The notes beneath the pieces are model-generated. The model was not told the origin of the DNA and made no database searches. It worked only from the letters and a program-made list of their open reading frames with translations. A stretch of DNA of 64,000 nt, taken from NCBI GenBank assembly GCA_002269645.1, contig NIVC01000939.1, forward strand, positions 248,001 through 312,000, read 5' to 3'. The position numbers and the translations under genes are program-made. Origin of the DNA: Macrostomum lignano. Lineage: Eukaryota. Shown here in pieces: positions 35,555 to 54,310 of this stretch (position 1 is the stretch's first letter; every line of letters starts with the position of its first letter).

Positions 35555-37080
35555 CTACTGTTCAACAGCATTGGCAGTAGTATGCAGCAGTTTCTGTTTG
35601 CTTTGCCGACGCTGCCGGTGCCCGATCGCCGAATCCGCGGCGCCGTAGTAGGCCTCGGCCACGTGATCTCGCAGGCTGTCCAGAGCGCGAGCCGCCTCGG
35701 CTGGTCGCCAGACGGGCTCGGCGACTCCCTGGCCGCAGCCGCCGCTGGCCGAGCCGCAGCGCCGGGTGTACAACTTCAGCCAGATCTGCCCCGTGTTCGT
35801 GGCGTCGTTCTTGTAGATCCAGAAAACCGCGTGGCCGGTGGCCTTCGAGCTGTTGCCGCAGGTCTGCAACGATTTACGAGCGTAAATTTAATTTGCTGTG
35901 TATACTACTCTTCAATTATTAGTAGTAGCTAATACATTGTGTGCGTAAATTCCCTATTTTGTCAGAGCTATGCTGAGAAATCTACTTGGAGAATTTTAAT
36001 TGCGCAATGGCACGCAATATTGGAAGCTGTGGTGCTGAAAATTCGCCAAAATGCAGAACCACCCTCCACCCCCTTCGGTCATCATGCGCAACCTCCCTGA
36101 TTTACACCGGCCGTGCGACTTACTTTTTGACCAAAAATGCAACAATTGTCTATAGGAGGAATTAACGTAATTTTTGGTAAACGGCAAGAGTAACTATAAT
36201 AACTGTATTACTAAGCCTAAATGCCTTGATATCTAATTAGTATTTTTCGGGTCGGCATTTTTGCGACTTACCTTGGCTAGACCTCTCGCCAATCGGCCGG
36301 GTCGTGTATGCCCTTGGGTCTTTACGCTGGAGAATCCCCCCCCCCTCAACAAATTTCTGGTGGGCCGGACTGACTCGCAAAAGGCACTCTATAACGTTAT
36401 GCCCGCTAGAAAGTGGGCGATTGAATGCGGTAAGATCTGAGCAAGTTGATCAGCTCGGGTTGTCAACTCACCCTGCAGACGAACTGCACATCAGCCGATT
36501 GGTCCTGCCTGTAGCGCCACACGTTCCTGGCCACGCCGCTGTTGTGCAGGTCCGGCGGCTCCGACACGATCTGCAGGTGCCAGGAGCCGCTGGAGAAGCT
36601 GCTGAATGCTGTCAGGAATTTGTCTCGCCAGGCTGCCAAATCTAACTGCGGCTGCTGCGGCATGACTGCCGGTGTGGCTGGGTAGGCTGCCTGCTGGAAC
36701 TGTGGCGGGTGCTGCAGCACCGGCGAGTATTGCAGCTGGTACTGCGGCGGGTACTGCAGTGGCGAGTACTGCGGTGGCGAGTACTGCAGCTGGTAGTGCT
36801 GGGGCTGGTAGGGGCTCGGCTGCTGGTAGATGGCGGGCGGTGCGCTGCTGGCGCTGCCAGGCGGAGAGCTGCCAGGATAAGAGCCCGAGGCGTCGCTGTC
36901 GTAGCCTCTGTCAAATCGGCCGGACGAATTCGGCGATATCATCACCGGGGTGAACTGCAGGAAGCCTGCTGGGGCTCGGCTGGACTCAAATGCTGCAGTT
37001 GATGGCGCCATCTGCTGACAGTTAACGAATAGCTGTTGTTGTGGCGGTAGGTGCGCTAGCATTTTGGCTGTATTGTGCAT
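35555..37080 (-). CDS. RTP-like (zf-3CxxC) protein with a P/Q/Y/S low-complexity N-terminus, ~305 aa
   Basis: Exons 37080-36472 and 35863-35555 (phase 0). WRDKF...WHL...WRY...FVCR|TCG...GQIWLKLYTRRC...C...EPVW...ARALDSL...AYY follows the receptor-transporting-protein zinc-domain pattern (recognised by eye). Confidence 0.6.
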
Positions 37081-38713
37081 TGGAATTGAAACAGCTTTGA
37101 ATGCGAAGTCAGATTATAAATTCTTGCTTGGACCTGCTTTAGATCGCGGCGTCTCCCACCTTCTCGTATTTATACGGGCTAGCAACTTGGAACGAAAGGA
37201 GGGGGAATCCATGGTATTTCCAACGGCCGCCTGCCCCTTGCAAGCAACGTATTACCGACGCAATGGGAGATCCATGACTCACAGCTAAAAATAGATCAGT
37301 CCGGCGCGGCCTCAACACGCTGAAAAGCCTTCCCCCCGAGGAACGCGTGTTCTAAAAATAGCTCGGCTAAACAGAATGAGGCCAAATGTACATTTATCAT
37401 CATTTATCTGTCTAACCGCCGACGCGAATGCCACGCTGGCGGGGCCCAGTTAGTCAGCCATGAATGAATGTGACGAAATAGTAATACGTGGCCCAACGAG
37501 TGAAATGCAACTGCATGCAGAGCTCACTGGCGCAATTTGAACTTTGCTTGATAAACGGCAATCAAATTCCAAATTCCAAACTCCACACGGTGCAGCAGCC
37601 AAAAGTTTGTCTAATCTAATATTCAATTTAATGTCATTATTCAGCTAGTTACGTGCCAAATGTGCCATTGTAAAAAATAGTTCCGTATTTTGTCCACATG
37701 TGACAGACAGACAGAGTGTCGTCATTTCCTTGTTTTCCACAGGCAGTGCCGCAAATAGAAACGCAGAAAAAGCTTATTTTGCTTTGACATCAAGTGAAAG
37801 TTCCGCGTGTTTCGTAAATTCCGAGTAATTTAACTTGCCTACAGCTGATTAGGAGTTTTTGGAACGGAGCCAAGTTTAGGCTTTTAGCCAAGGGAATAGT
37901 TTAGCATCGCAAAGCGTTTTGTTTTCAAAATTGTCGATGAATTTTTTTTTTGGGGGGGGGGGCTTCGTAGGACCGAAATTTCACAACACCGAAAATTCTG
38001 CACGGTCCACCAATTGTTGTATTAAATTTTCTACGATGTGAACTTTCAGTTTTATGAAGTTTCGATCCTGTAAAGTTTCGGTCTAATGAAATTTCGGTCT
38101 TATGAAGGGCCTTGCATTACTGAGTGATCTACGATGTGAAATTTCGGTCTTGTGACAGCGACCCAGTCTTGGTAGCATTATAAGAGTATTCCAATATACC
38201 TTAGTATATGTACCAATTACCAGCTGCCAACAATTTTAAATTGAGCCAGTTTATGTCAGTCAATCGGTCTAAATAGATTTCAGCAGATTAATTGAGGTCT
38301 GGAAGTAATTTGTCAAATTTCCTGACTATTTCTAAAGCAATATTATTTATTGTCGACCAAAAAACGCATGAAGCAGATGTGCTCCGCTCTACTAAGAGTA
38401 GGGCAAATCGGTTTTGACTAACTAAGTGCAGTTGTAAAATTGGAGATGTTGCTTCTCAATTACTCGCCACATGCAGCTGAATGTCAATGGGGAAATGTGC
38501 CGCAGCAGCAATATTTTAACAAATTATAAGTTATTTTTTTAATCGTCTCGTTTCTATAGGAACTAATTTTTTTGAGTTGCGAAAGGTTAAACTGTTTCAA
38601 TTATGTCTTCAACACTACGACAAGATCGGTGCTGCGATATAAAAGCATTAAATGTAAATGCGTACTAAAGATAGAATGTGCCTAAGTACATGCATGCCGT
38701 CAGTACAGTCAGT

Positions 38714-38851
38714 TCATTTTGTGTTTTGTTCGGTCGTCCAGACTCCAAACCGCCAGCCCAGACCGCAGACGTACGGACAGGCGTCTGTCAGTAGCAGTAG
38801 CGGCGGCAACAGGAGGACCGACACGACTGACAGGAGGAGAGCTGCATGCAT
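38714..38851 (-). CDS. Candidate 45-aa secreted peptide precursor (below the ORF-track cutoff)
   Basis: MHAALLLSVVSVLLLPPLLLLTDA-CPYVCGLGWRFGVWTTEQNTK*; an acceptor-like CACTTCCGCCTCGATCAG lies 8 nt before the ATG. Confidence 0.4.
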   Translation of the reverse strand: MHAALLLSVVSVLLLPPLLLLTDACPYVCGLGWRFGVWTTEQNTK

Positions 38852-38914
38852 GACTCCGTCTGATCGAGGCGGAAGTGCACGATTTTTTTGAGGGCTTTAC
38901 AGGGTTCGCTGAGT

Positions 38915-39860
38915 CACTGGGTGCTCTTTATTGGCTCACTGGGTGCTCTTTATTGGCTCACTGGGTGCTCTTTATTGGCTCACTGGGTGCTCTTTATTGG
39001 CTCACTGGGTGCTCTTTATTGGCTCACTGGGTGCTCTTTATTGGCTCACTGGGTGCTCTTTATTGGCTCACTGGGTGCTCTTTATTGGCTCACTGGGTGC
39101 TCTTTATTGGCTCACTGGGTGCTCTTTATTGGCTCACTGGGTGCTCTTTATTGGCTCACTGGGTGCTCTTTATTGGCTCACTGGGTGCTCTTTATTGGCT
39201 CACTGGGTGCTCTTTATTGGCTCACTGGGTGTTCTTTATTGGCTCACTGGGTGTTCCCTATTGGGTCACTGGGTGTTCCCTATTGGCTCACTGGGTGTTC
39301 CCTATTGGGTCACTGGGTGTTCCCTATTGGGTCACTGGGTGTTCCCTATTGGGTCACTGGGTGTTCCCTATTGGCTCACTGGGTGTTCCCTATTGGGTCA
39401 CTGGGTGTTCCTTATTGGGTCACTGGGTTCCTTATTGGGTCACTGGGTGTTCCCTATTGGGTCACTGGGTATTTCTTATTGGGTCACTGGGGTGTTCCCT
39501 ATTGGGTCACTGGGTGTTCCCTATTGGGTCACTGGGTGTTCCCTATTGGGTCACTGCGTGTTCCTTATTGGGTCACTGGGTGTTCCCTATTGGGTCACTG
39601 CGTGTTCCTTATTGGGTCACTGCGTGTTCCTTATTGGGTCACTGGGTGTTCCCTATTGGGTCACTGGGTATTTCTTATTGGGTCACTGGGTGTTCCTTAT
39701 TGGGTCACTGGGTGTTCCCTATTGGGTCACTGGGTATTTCTTATTGGGTCACTGGGTGTTCCTTATTGGGTCAATGGGTGTTCCTTATTGGGTCACTGCG
39801 TGTTCCTTATTGGGTCACTGGGTGTTCCTTATTGAGTCACTGGGTGTTCCTTATTGGGTC
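38915..39860. repeat. 22-bp minisatellite (CTCACTGGGTGCTCTTTATTGG grading to GTCACTGGGTGTTCCCTATTGG)
   Basis: About 43 units: a homogeneous left block and a variable right block. Confidence 0.96.
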
Positions 39861-40499
39861 ATTCTTAGAAAAGCTTTCATACTCAGCAATTTGCCTGTCA
39901 GGCAAAGAATTTTGTTCTGTATTGTGAAAACTAAATCAATTCCAAGTTCTATTTTTTCGGAAAATGTCCTGATTTAATACTTTTATGAGCACATTTGTGC
40001 GGCAATATCCTCGGGTAAGCTGCAAGTAGTGCGTTGCGCTTAGAGAGCGCGTGAATGCTAAATTTATTTTCAGGCAAAGCAAAAATGCGAGCAGCCGACT
40101 GTGAGGCGGGGCTGATGGCTCATGGAATTTGGGCAGGCGTGCGTGTCGGTGAACATCAAAGACTCCGCATCTGCAGAGGGCTGAAGTCACTCGCGTGCGG
40201 CAATTCCAATATTCGTTTAGGGGCCTAGAAAGAGATCACGTGACCTCCGCTAGAAAAACAATCAATCGCTAATCAAAGCAGAGGCTAAAAGCTGCTATTT
40301 ACTGCTAAAAAGTTGAGGCGATTTGGTTGAGAACTCACAACCTGCTGGGCCCGTCAGCTCTGCATGGCCTCCACGTGCCCGTCGCAAAATCAAGGCGACC
40401 CTGCAGCGAGCAGGCCAGCCATTCCCCTGACCCTGAACAGGCGCTCACACAGGGTGTACAGCGACCATGACTTTCTCATACATGTAGTTGGTCAACCGT

Positions 40500-41070
40500 A
40501 TACACACACTGTGCACTGTACACACACTGTGCACTGTACACACACTGTGCACTGTACACACACTGTACACTGTACACATACTGTGCACTGTACACACACT
40601 GTACACTGTACACACACTGTGCACTGTACACACACTGTACACTGTACACACACTGTGCACTGTACACACACTGTGCGCTGTACACACACTGTACACTGTA
40701 CACTGTACACACACTGTGCGTTGTACACACACTGTGCACTGTACACACACTGTACACTGTACACATACTGTGCACTGTATGTACACACACTGTGCACTGT
40801 ACACATACTGTGCACTGTACAAACACTGTGCACTGTACACACACTGTGCACTGTACACACACTGTGCACTGTACAGATACTGTGCACTGTACACACACTG
40901 TGCACTGTACACATACTGTGCACTGTACACATACTGTGCACTGTACACACACTGTGCACTGTACACATACTGTGCACTGTACAAACACTGTGCACTGTAC
41001 ACACACTGTGCACTGTACACACACTGTGCACTGTACACATACTGTGCACTGTACACATACTGTGCACTGA
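40500..41070. repeat. 18-bp minisatellite (CACTGTGCACTGTACACA)
   Basis: Direct units containing the GTGCAC and TGTACA palindromes. Confidence 0.95.
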
Positions 41071-41435
41071 GCACACCAAACCAGCGGGCCGCGCACCCGG
41101 AATCGAACCTTAATTGGGTAAATTCGATAGCTTAAGAATCGGCCCTTGATTTTGGTTCCGCAGGGATACAATTTGTCCTGTTTGCTTTCATCTCAGAAAG
41201 GTGCACAAAGTTGATGATAAAAAAGAAGAAACGATTCGGACCGTGCGCATTTGGAAACATCAGCATGCATGCCTGTTAATTTATACGGTTGGGAAAGTAG
41301 CGAAAATGGATAACGCTGTGGTGCATGGGCTGTAGGTGTGAAATATTCATTGTGGCTGGGCTGGCCTGACTCTCGGAATTCCCGGCAGTCAGGGAATCCA
41401 CTCAAGTCTATAAATAGAAACGGAGCTTGGGATTT

Positions 41436-44400
41436 TCAGCTGCCCGCATTCTGCGGCCGCCTCCGCCGGCGTCGCCGCCTCCGCAGCAGCCGGGCGATGG
41501 CGTGCCGGAAGTCCTGATTGAAGACGGTGTACAGCACCGGGTTCAGCGCGCTGTTCGCGTAGCCCAGCCAGATGGCCAAGAACTGGACAGCCTCCAGCAC
41601 CGCAGACGGCGGCTGGTCGCCGCCCGACGAGTCGTTGCTGGTGACGCCGCGGACCAGGTACATCAGTGTGAAGGGCATCCAGCAGACGATAAACACCACG
41701 ACGATGGCCAGCATGCGCTGGGTAGCCCGCTGCTCCCGGAGGTCCGCTCGGCGAGGTCCCCGACGGTTAAGCGATAGCGGCTCGGCTGCCGTGGCGGCCT
41801 CGTGCGCCTCCTCCTCCAGCTGTGGCGCCACCGCCGCCGCCGCCGCCGCCGTGGGGTTCTCCAGAACGCAGGGCTCGTCGCCGGCCTCCGCGGCAGCTTC
41901 GCCATCGTCGTCGGCGACTGCTTCCTCGGTGGCGCTGCGTTTGTCGGCGATGGTTGGCGCCGGCAGCACCGTGGCCAGGTCGAGCTCGCGGTCGAACCAG
42001 ACGCCGCTGGGCTGGTTCAGCTGCCGGTGCTGCTGCAGTCGGCGCTTGCGCAGGCAGCGAGCCCGCCGGCGCAGCAGGTGGAAGATCCGGGCGTACAGCA
42101 CAACTAGGATGAGCAGCGGCAGGATGAAGCTGCCAGTTGCCGAGTAGATCACGTAGTTCGTCTCCTTAAACAGGTCGCAGGTGACGCGGCCGTCCCAGCT
42201 GGAGTTGGCGGCTCGCACCGGCACCAGAGAGCGGCCGAGCTTGGCCGCCGGGTCTACGAACTCGCGGCCGTCCCAGCCGATGAGTGGCGGCAGGCAGATG
42301 AGGCAGCTCAGCAGCCACACCAGAACCGAGTAGGCGACCGCCCGGCAGCGGTGCTGCTTCTCGCGGTACCACAGCGGGCAGACGGTGGCTGTAAACCGGT
42401 CGAAGGCGATGGCCACGAGGCTCCACACGGAGGCGGTGCAGTAGAGCACATCCAGGCTGAGCCACAGGTTGCACAGCACCGGGCCGAACTGCCAGTGGCC
42501 TGCGGTGAGGAATGCGGAATGACGTCACTTTCGGTGAGGAATGCGGAATGACGTCATCACTTTCGGTGAGGAATGCGGAATGACGTCACTTTCGGTGAGG
42601 AATGCGGAATGACGTCATCACTTTCGATGAGGAATGCGGAATGACGTCACCACTTTCGGTGAGGAATGCGGAGTGACGTCACTTTGGGTCAGGAATGCGG
42701 AATGACGCCACTGGGTGAGAAGTGCATAGCGTCGAGAAATACAAAGCAATTCACATTGACGTCCATTGACGGTTAGGAATTTTTGTGCCATGACTGCTGC
42801 CGAAGCATACATAGTGACATCACTACAGGTGAACTCCATCTCGCTCCTTTCCCTTTCGTTTATTCAACACCGTAGAGTTTCAGCTTAACAGTTGCAGTCC
42901 CGTGAATATGGCTGGCTGCCTCAGCTTGTGAAAATCTTCTTATTATCTCTTTGCACTTTTATGGGACTATTCTTTGAGTAAACCACTTTGAGTAAAGCCG
43001 CTCATTTGCATTCCAGTTTCTAGTAAGACAAAACTCAATATTATTTGCGACGCGTTTCGGCTAAAACTAGCCATCTTCAGGCACTATCGAACAGAATTTA
43101 GCCGAAACGCGTCGCAAATAATATTGAGTTTTGTCTTACTATTATCTGTTAAGAGTGCTTCTCTACCGCAATTCCAGTTTCTGGTTGGATTCTGCCATAG
43201 TTTGTGTTTTATCCCGTTTTATCCCCAATCTGCATTTCCGAAAAGTTGTGAAAGTGCGACGCTTTGGGTCTGCGCCTGCCCTCCTTAGATGCATATGCGA
43301 TCCCCACCCGGACACTGTCCTACCGGCATTGATTTCCACCCGGACACTGTCCCACCGGCACTGATCCCCACCCGGACACTGTCCCACCGGCACTGATCCC
43401 CACCCGGACACTGTCCCACCGGCACTGATCCCCACCCGGACACTGTCCCACAGGCACTGATCCCCACCCGGACACTGTCCCACAGGCACTGATCCCCACC
43501 CGGACACTGTCCCACCGGCACTGATCCCCACCCGGACACTGTCCCACCGGCACTGATCCCCACCCGGACACTGTCCCACAGGCACTGATCCCCACCCGGA
43601 CACTGTCCCACAGGCACTGATCCCCACCCGGACACTGTCCCACCGGCACTGATCCCCACCCGGACACTGTCCCACAGGCACTGATCCCCACCCGGACACA
43701 ATCATCCCCGCACAGAAAGGCGGCCCTCCAGGCCTTGGAGCGGCCGGACAGGAGCTGAGAAGCCCGCAGCAGCCTCTCCCGCCGCACAGGGCAGGTCAGC
43801 GGGCCGCCCCAGCTGAGCAGTCTCAGACCGCAATTGACTGTGACAGTTTTATTGCCCCACCCACCGCCTCGTCTGGCCAGCCGCATCTCCGCGGCTCCTC
43901 GCGGCTACGAATTTCAAGTCTTTCCGCATCTTCCCAGCATCCCACCGGCCTCATCCCCGGTTGAGGATTCGCACAGCTCTGGGGAGGACTTTAATCGCAA
44001 GAGCTGCTGCAGAAATGATTGATGACCGCCGGGTCAGATCAAGCTGAGCTCGAGAGTTCTGAGAATTTGCATTTTATTTAAAGATGAAAAATGAGCGAGA
44101 TCAAAAGTTTTCAAATTTCGCAGCAAGCAGTGCTGGAAGTGCTATTTTTGTCTCACGGCAGAATTATTTCTTGTTTGAGAGAAAATGTGACACGTAATTC
44201 GTATTGAAATCATCCGACTAAATAATAACCGAACATTCCCGAACGCTAAAATTACCCAAATCAAATAATTCCCCAAGCCAAAAATTCCTCTTCGAATGCT
44301 ATCCCCTTCGAATGCTGTCCCTTCGAATACTATCCCTTCGAATGCTATCCCCTTCGAATGCTGTCCCTTCGAATACTATCCCTTCGAATGCTATCCCCTT

Positions 44401-46375
44401 CGAATGCTATCCCCTTCGAATGCTATCCCTTCGAATGCTATCCCCTTCGAATGCTATCCCCTTCGAATGCTGTCCCTTCGAAGGCTATCCCTTCGAATGC
44501 TGTCCCCTTCGAATGCTGTTCCCTTAAGTGCCGTCTGACATCCCGGCCAGGAATCCCAGCCACTCGGCCCCGGCCCAATTTGCATAAGTCCGTTGGGCAG
44601 CTCCCGTGGGAGCCGGGAGGTGAGGGCGGCAGCTGGGGGGGGGCAATCAGGGGGGTCAGCGCGGGTCGGAGGGCCGCCAGCCGTGGGGAACACAAAATCT
44701 GCGCCCACCCGGCCAGCCCGGACACTTCCCCGGCCACTTCTTTAACTCGGCCTTCTGTGGACAAAATATCCCGAGCATTGGCGCGACCGCTTCCAACCAA
44801 TTTGGGCCGCCTATTTCTGTCCAGCCCTCTGAGCCTCTGAGCAACTTCGAATTTGAGCAGCTCTGCTTTTGGGACATGTTTTACCGAAGTGGCGCTTCCG
44901 GTTCTCGGAGGGCTCCGCCATCTCGGCTGAGCAAACTCACAGCAAGGATTAGCGGCGCTGGGATCAGACTGGGGATGAGCGAAATGGCCTCACAAACTTT
45001 TATTGCTCATCATCTACTCAGCTGCAGACTGGCAGCTGCGGACTCAGCTGATCGCTGCTCACGCCTGATCCAGACTTTGATGGGGCTCCTCAGGATCACT
45101 GAGTCCCCACCTCATCTCTGCTCAGCTTTCTTTCTGTCTGGCTCACCCTCCTCTCCATCTACTCTCTGCCTGTCTCACCCTCCTCTCCATCTACTCTCTG
45201 CCTGTCTCACCCTCCTCTCCATCTACTCTCTGCCTGTCTCACCCTCCTCTCCATCTACTCTCTGCCTGTCTCACCCTCCTCTCCATCTACTCTCTGCCTG
45301 TCTCACCCTCCTCTCCATCTACTCTCTGCCTGTCTCACCCTCCTCTCCATCTACTCTCTGCCTGTCTCATCCATCCCGCGATCTACTCTCCGCTTGTCTC
45401 ATATCTCTGTTCTAATCTTCTCATCGTCTCCTTCACCTACCCTCTCCCTGTCTCACCCACTACTCCATCCACGCACACAATCCAGTCAAACCGATTGCCG
45501 CAGGCGGTGTTTGCTCAGGCGGCTGCTCAGTTCCAGGAGCACTTCTTTGAGTGGGCGGAAATACGACTCAGGGAATGTTCATGGTGTAAGGAACGAGATT
45601 CAAAGACGGCGCTGGGTCTTAGAGACATCGAAATCTTTTCTAGTACAGTGCTACATTTGAATAACTTGTCAAAGTACGACAGCTGGGTGTGGAATTCACG
45701 ATGGCCCTGAACACTCACTCACTCACTCACTCACTCACTCACTCACTCACTCACTCACTCACTCACACACTCACTCACTCACTCACTCACTCACTCACTC
45801 ACTCACTCACACACTCACTCACTCACTCACTCACTCACACACTCACTCACTCACTCACTCACTCACTCACTCACTCACTCACTCACTCACTCACTCACTC
45901 ACTCACTCACTCACTCACTCACTCACTCACTCACTCACTCACTCACTCACTCACTCACACACTCACACACTCACTCACTCACTCACTCACTCACTCACTC
46001 ACTCACACACTCACTCACTCACTCACTCACTCACTCACTCACTCACTCACTCACTCACTCACTCACTCACTCACTCACTCACTCACTCACTCACTCACTC
46101 ACTCACTCACTCCCTCACTCACTCACTCACTCACCCATCACGGCATTCACAGAGGACAATGGCAGCACAGTGAGCGCCAGCAGGAAGTCGCTGATCGCCA
46201 GGTTGCCAATCAGCAGGTTGGGGGCGCTGCGCAGCTGCCGGTAGCTCAGCAGCGCCAGCAGCACGAGGCCGTTGCCAAGCAGAGTCCAGAGAGTCAGGCA
46301 GCTCAGCAGAGCGGACAGCAGCAGCTTGAGGGCCAGCGGCCAGGAGTCGTTGGGCACCGCAGAGTCCTCGGTCAT
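41436..46375 (-). CDS. Class A aminergic GPCR (tyramine/octopamine/alpha2-adrenergic-like), ~434 aa
   Basis: Exons 46375-46135 and 42499-41436 (phase 1). GN in TM1; NLAISD; WQFGPVLC; TM3 Asp in LDVLYCTASVW; DRF; YVIYSATGSF; CWMPF; WLGYANSALNPVLY. Confidence 0.93.
42503..42705. repeat. Tandem copies (~30-36 bp) of the GPCR exon-2 acceptor region
   Basis: The coding-strand unit GTGACGTCATTCCGCATTCCTCACCGAAAG repeats, and the last copy ends in CCTCACCGCAG (the true acceptor). Confidence 0.85.
43021..43141. mobile_element. Perfect 45-bp inverted repeat with 31-nt spacer; probable Penelope-like pLTR remnant
   Basis: 43021-43065 is the exact reverse complement of 43097-43141. Confidence 0.75.
43044..43085 (-). 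ncRNA. Minimal type I hammerhead ribozyme motif
   Basis: Minus strand: UGC CUGAAGA U GGCUA-GUUU-UAGCC GAAA CGCGUC GCA; palindromic stem III (ACGCGU); stem I is only 3 bp. Confidence 0.6.
43300..43700. repeat. 32-bp minisatellite (CTGATCCCCACCCGGACACTGTCCCACCGGCA)
   Basis: Units at 43361, 43393 and onward. Confidence 0.95.
44295..44522. repeat. 15-16-bp minisatellite (CCTTCGAATGCTATCC)
   Basis: Direct units. Confidence 0.92.
45125..45400. repeat. 32-bp pyrimidine-rich minisatellite (TCACCCTCCTCTCCATCTACTCTCTGCCTGTC)
   Basis: Direct units. Confidence 0.92.
45712..46134 (-). repeat. (GTGA)n microsatellite starting at the GPCR intron donor
   Basis: ATGG|GTGAGTGAGTGAGT..., about 105 units. Confidence 0.96.
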
Positions 46376-46864
46376 CCTGCTGTGCTGGACTTTGGGCTCC
46401 GTCTCCGCAAGCAGATCGCCCGGCCACTGGTGCGGCCTGCTGCCCTTTTCAACGCTTCTAGAAGTCCGGTAGAGAGTTGTTGCTGCGGGGCGTTGCTGAG
46501 TGACGGACGCGCCCGAATACTAATAGCCGGCCTGTCTTGCCTGGCCGCCCGCAGCTCCGCTTCCTCCGACACTGAATGGATTGCGGTTTCTACTAGGGTG
46601 CGGCAACTACACAAATTGCAAAAGCTGTGCAGCAACTGTGAGCGAAGCAGGAAATACCGAAGGAGGAGGGCGCGCGTCCATCTTCGTTCTGGCCGGGTCC
46701 GGCTTGAGAGCCTCCGGCGGAGAGCCGCCTGAAATTTGGCGGCAGGCGGGGTGGCCGCCCGAATTCCGGAGCCCCCATTGGGCGGAGCAGCAACTGGGGT
46801 GGCGCCTCTCACCGCCTCTGCACTGCTTTTCTGCCGGTGTGTCTGCATTTCTGTCCATAACAGC

Positions 46865-47066
46865 ATGCCTTCCTGTGTCATTGCGTCTGTGTCTGTCGTC
46901 TCTCTGCCTGTCTGTCTGCCTTCCTGTGTGTCATTGCGTCTGTGTCTGTCGTCTCTCTGCCTGTCTGTCTGCCTTCCTGTGTGTCATTGCGTCTGTGTCT
47001 GTCTGTCTGTCTGTCTGCCTGTCTGTCTGCCTTCCTGTGTGTCATTGCGTCTGTGTCTGTCGTCTC

Positions 47067-47162
<96 letters not shown>
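46865..47162. repeat. Compound TCTG-rich repeat upstream of the GPCR
   Basis: Longer CTTCCTGTGTGTCATTGCGTCTGTG units grading into (TCTG)n. Confidence 0.9.
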
Positions 47163-47163
<1 letters not shown>

Positions 47164-47737
47164 AATGCTGCAGGGCGCTAGACAAAATTTTATCTCATCA
47201 TTTGCTTCATTTTGCAAGAAATCAAAATCCCGCGGATTTCTCGGTTAAAAAATTTTAATTAACAATAAAAACTGCTCACTTTTTATACTCAGAGTCACTG
47301 AAATTGAAAAAAAACACGATCCTAAGCTCCAATTAGGGAATCCAAAAAATCTCTGTAAGCTTAAAAGGAAAAACTTTAAACTGAGGCGCGGAAGCCCGCA
47401 GCTCTCGGGCGCTTCGGATCGGCTGGTCATCCTCAGATTAGCGAATTCCAGCTGCTCCTTAAATCCAGCAGGCCACATCACAGGTGAGTGCAGCGGTTCT
47501 TGCGAGCTGCACTGATTTTATCGCTATTTTTTTAACTGTCTACTCTTAGTAGGAGTAATAGGGAGCAATCGGTTTTTATTTGCTGTCTCGTGCAACTGTT
47601 TACAATTCTCTGAAATATATTTATTCCATCGCTAAATTCAATCTGCGTCCGGTTATAATGTGCAAAAAGCAAGCGGAGAGTGCAAAGTGCTGATGTAAAA
47701 TTCAGAGTGCAGTGGAGCTGGTATGCAGAACAGGTAC

Positions 47738-48100
<363 letters not shown>

Positions 48101-48104
48101 GGTG

Positions 48105-54310
<6,206 letters not shown>

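Noticed and set aside
38875-41171. 350-aa GSLGALYWLTGCSLLAHW and CTHTVH repeat ORFs
   Set aside because: They are products of the 22-bp and 18-bp minisatellites, open on multiple frames and strands.
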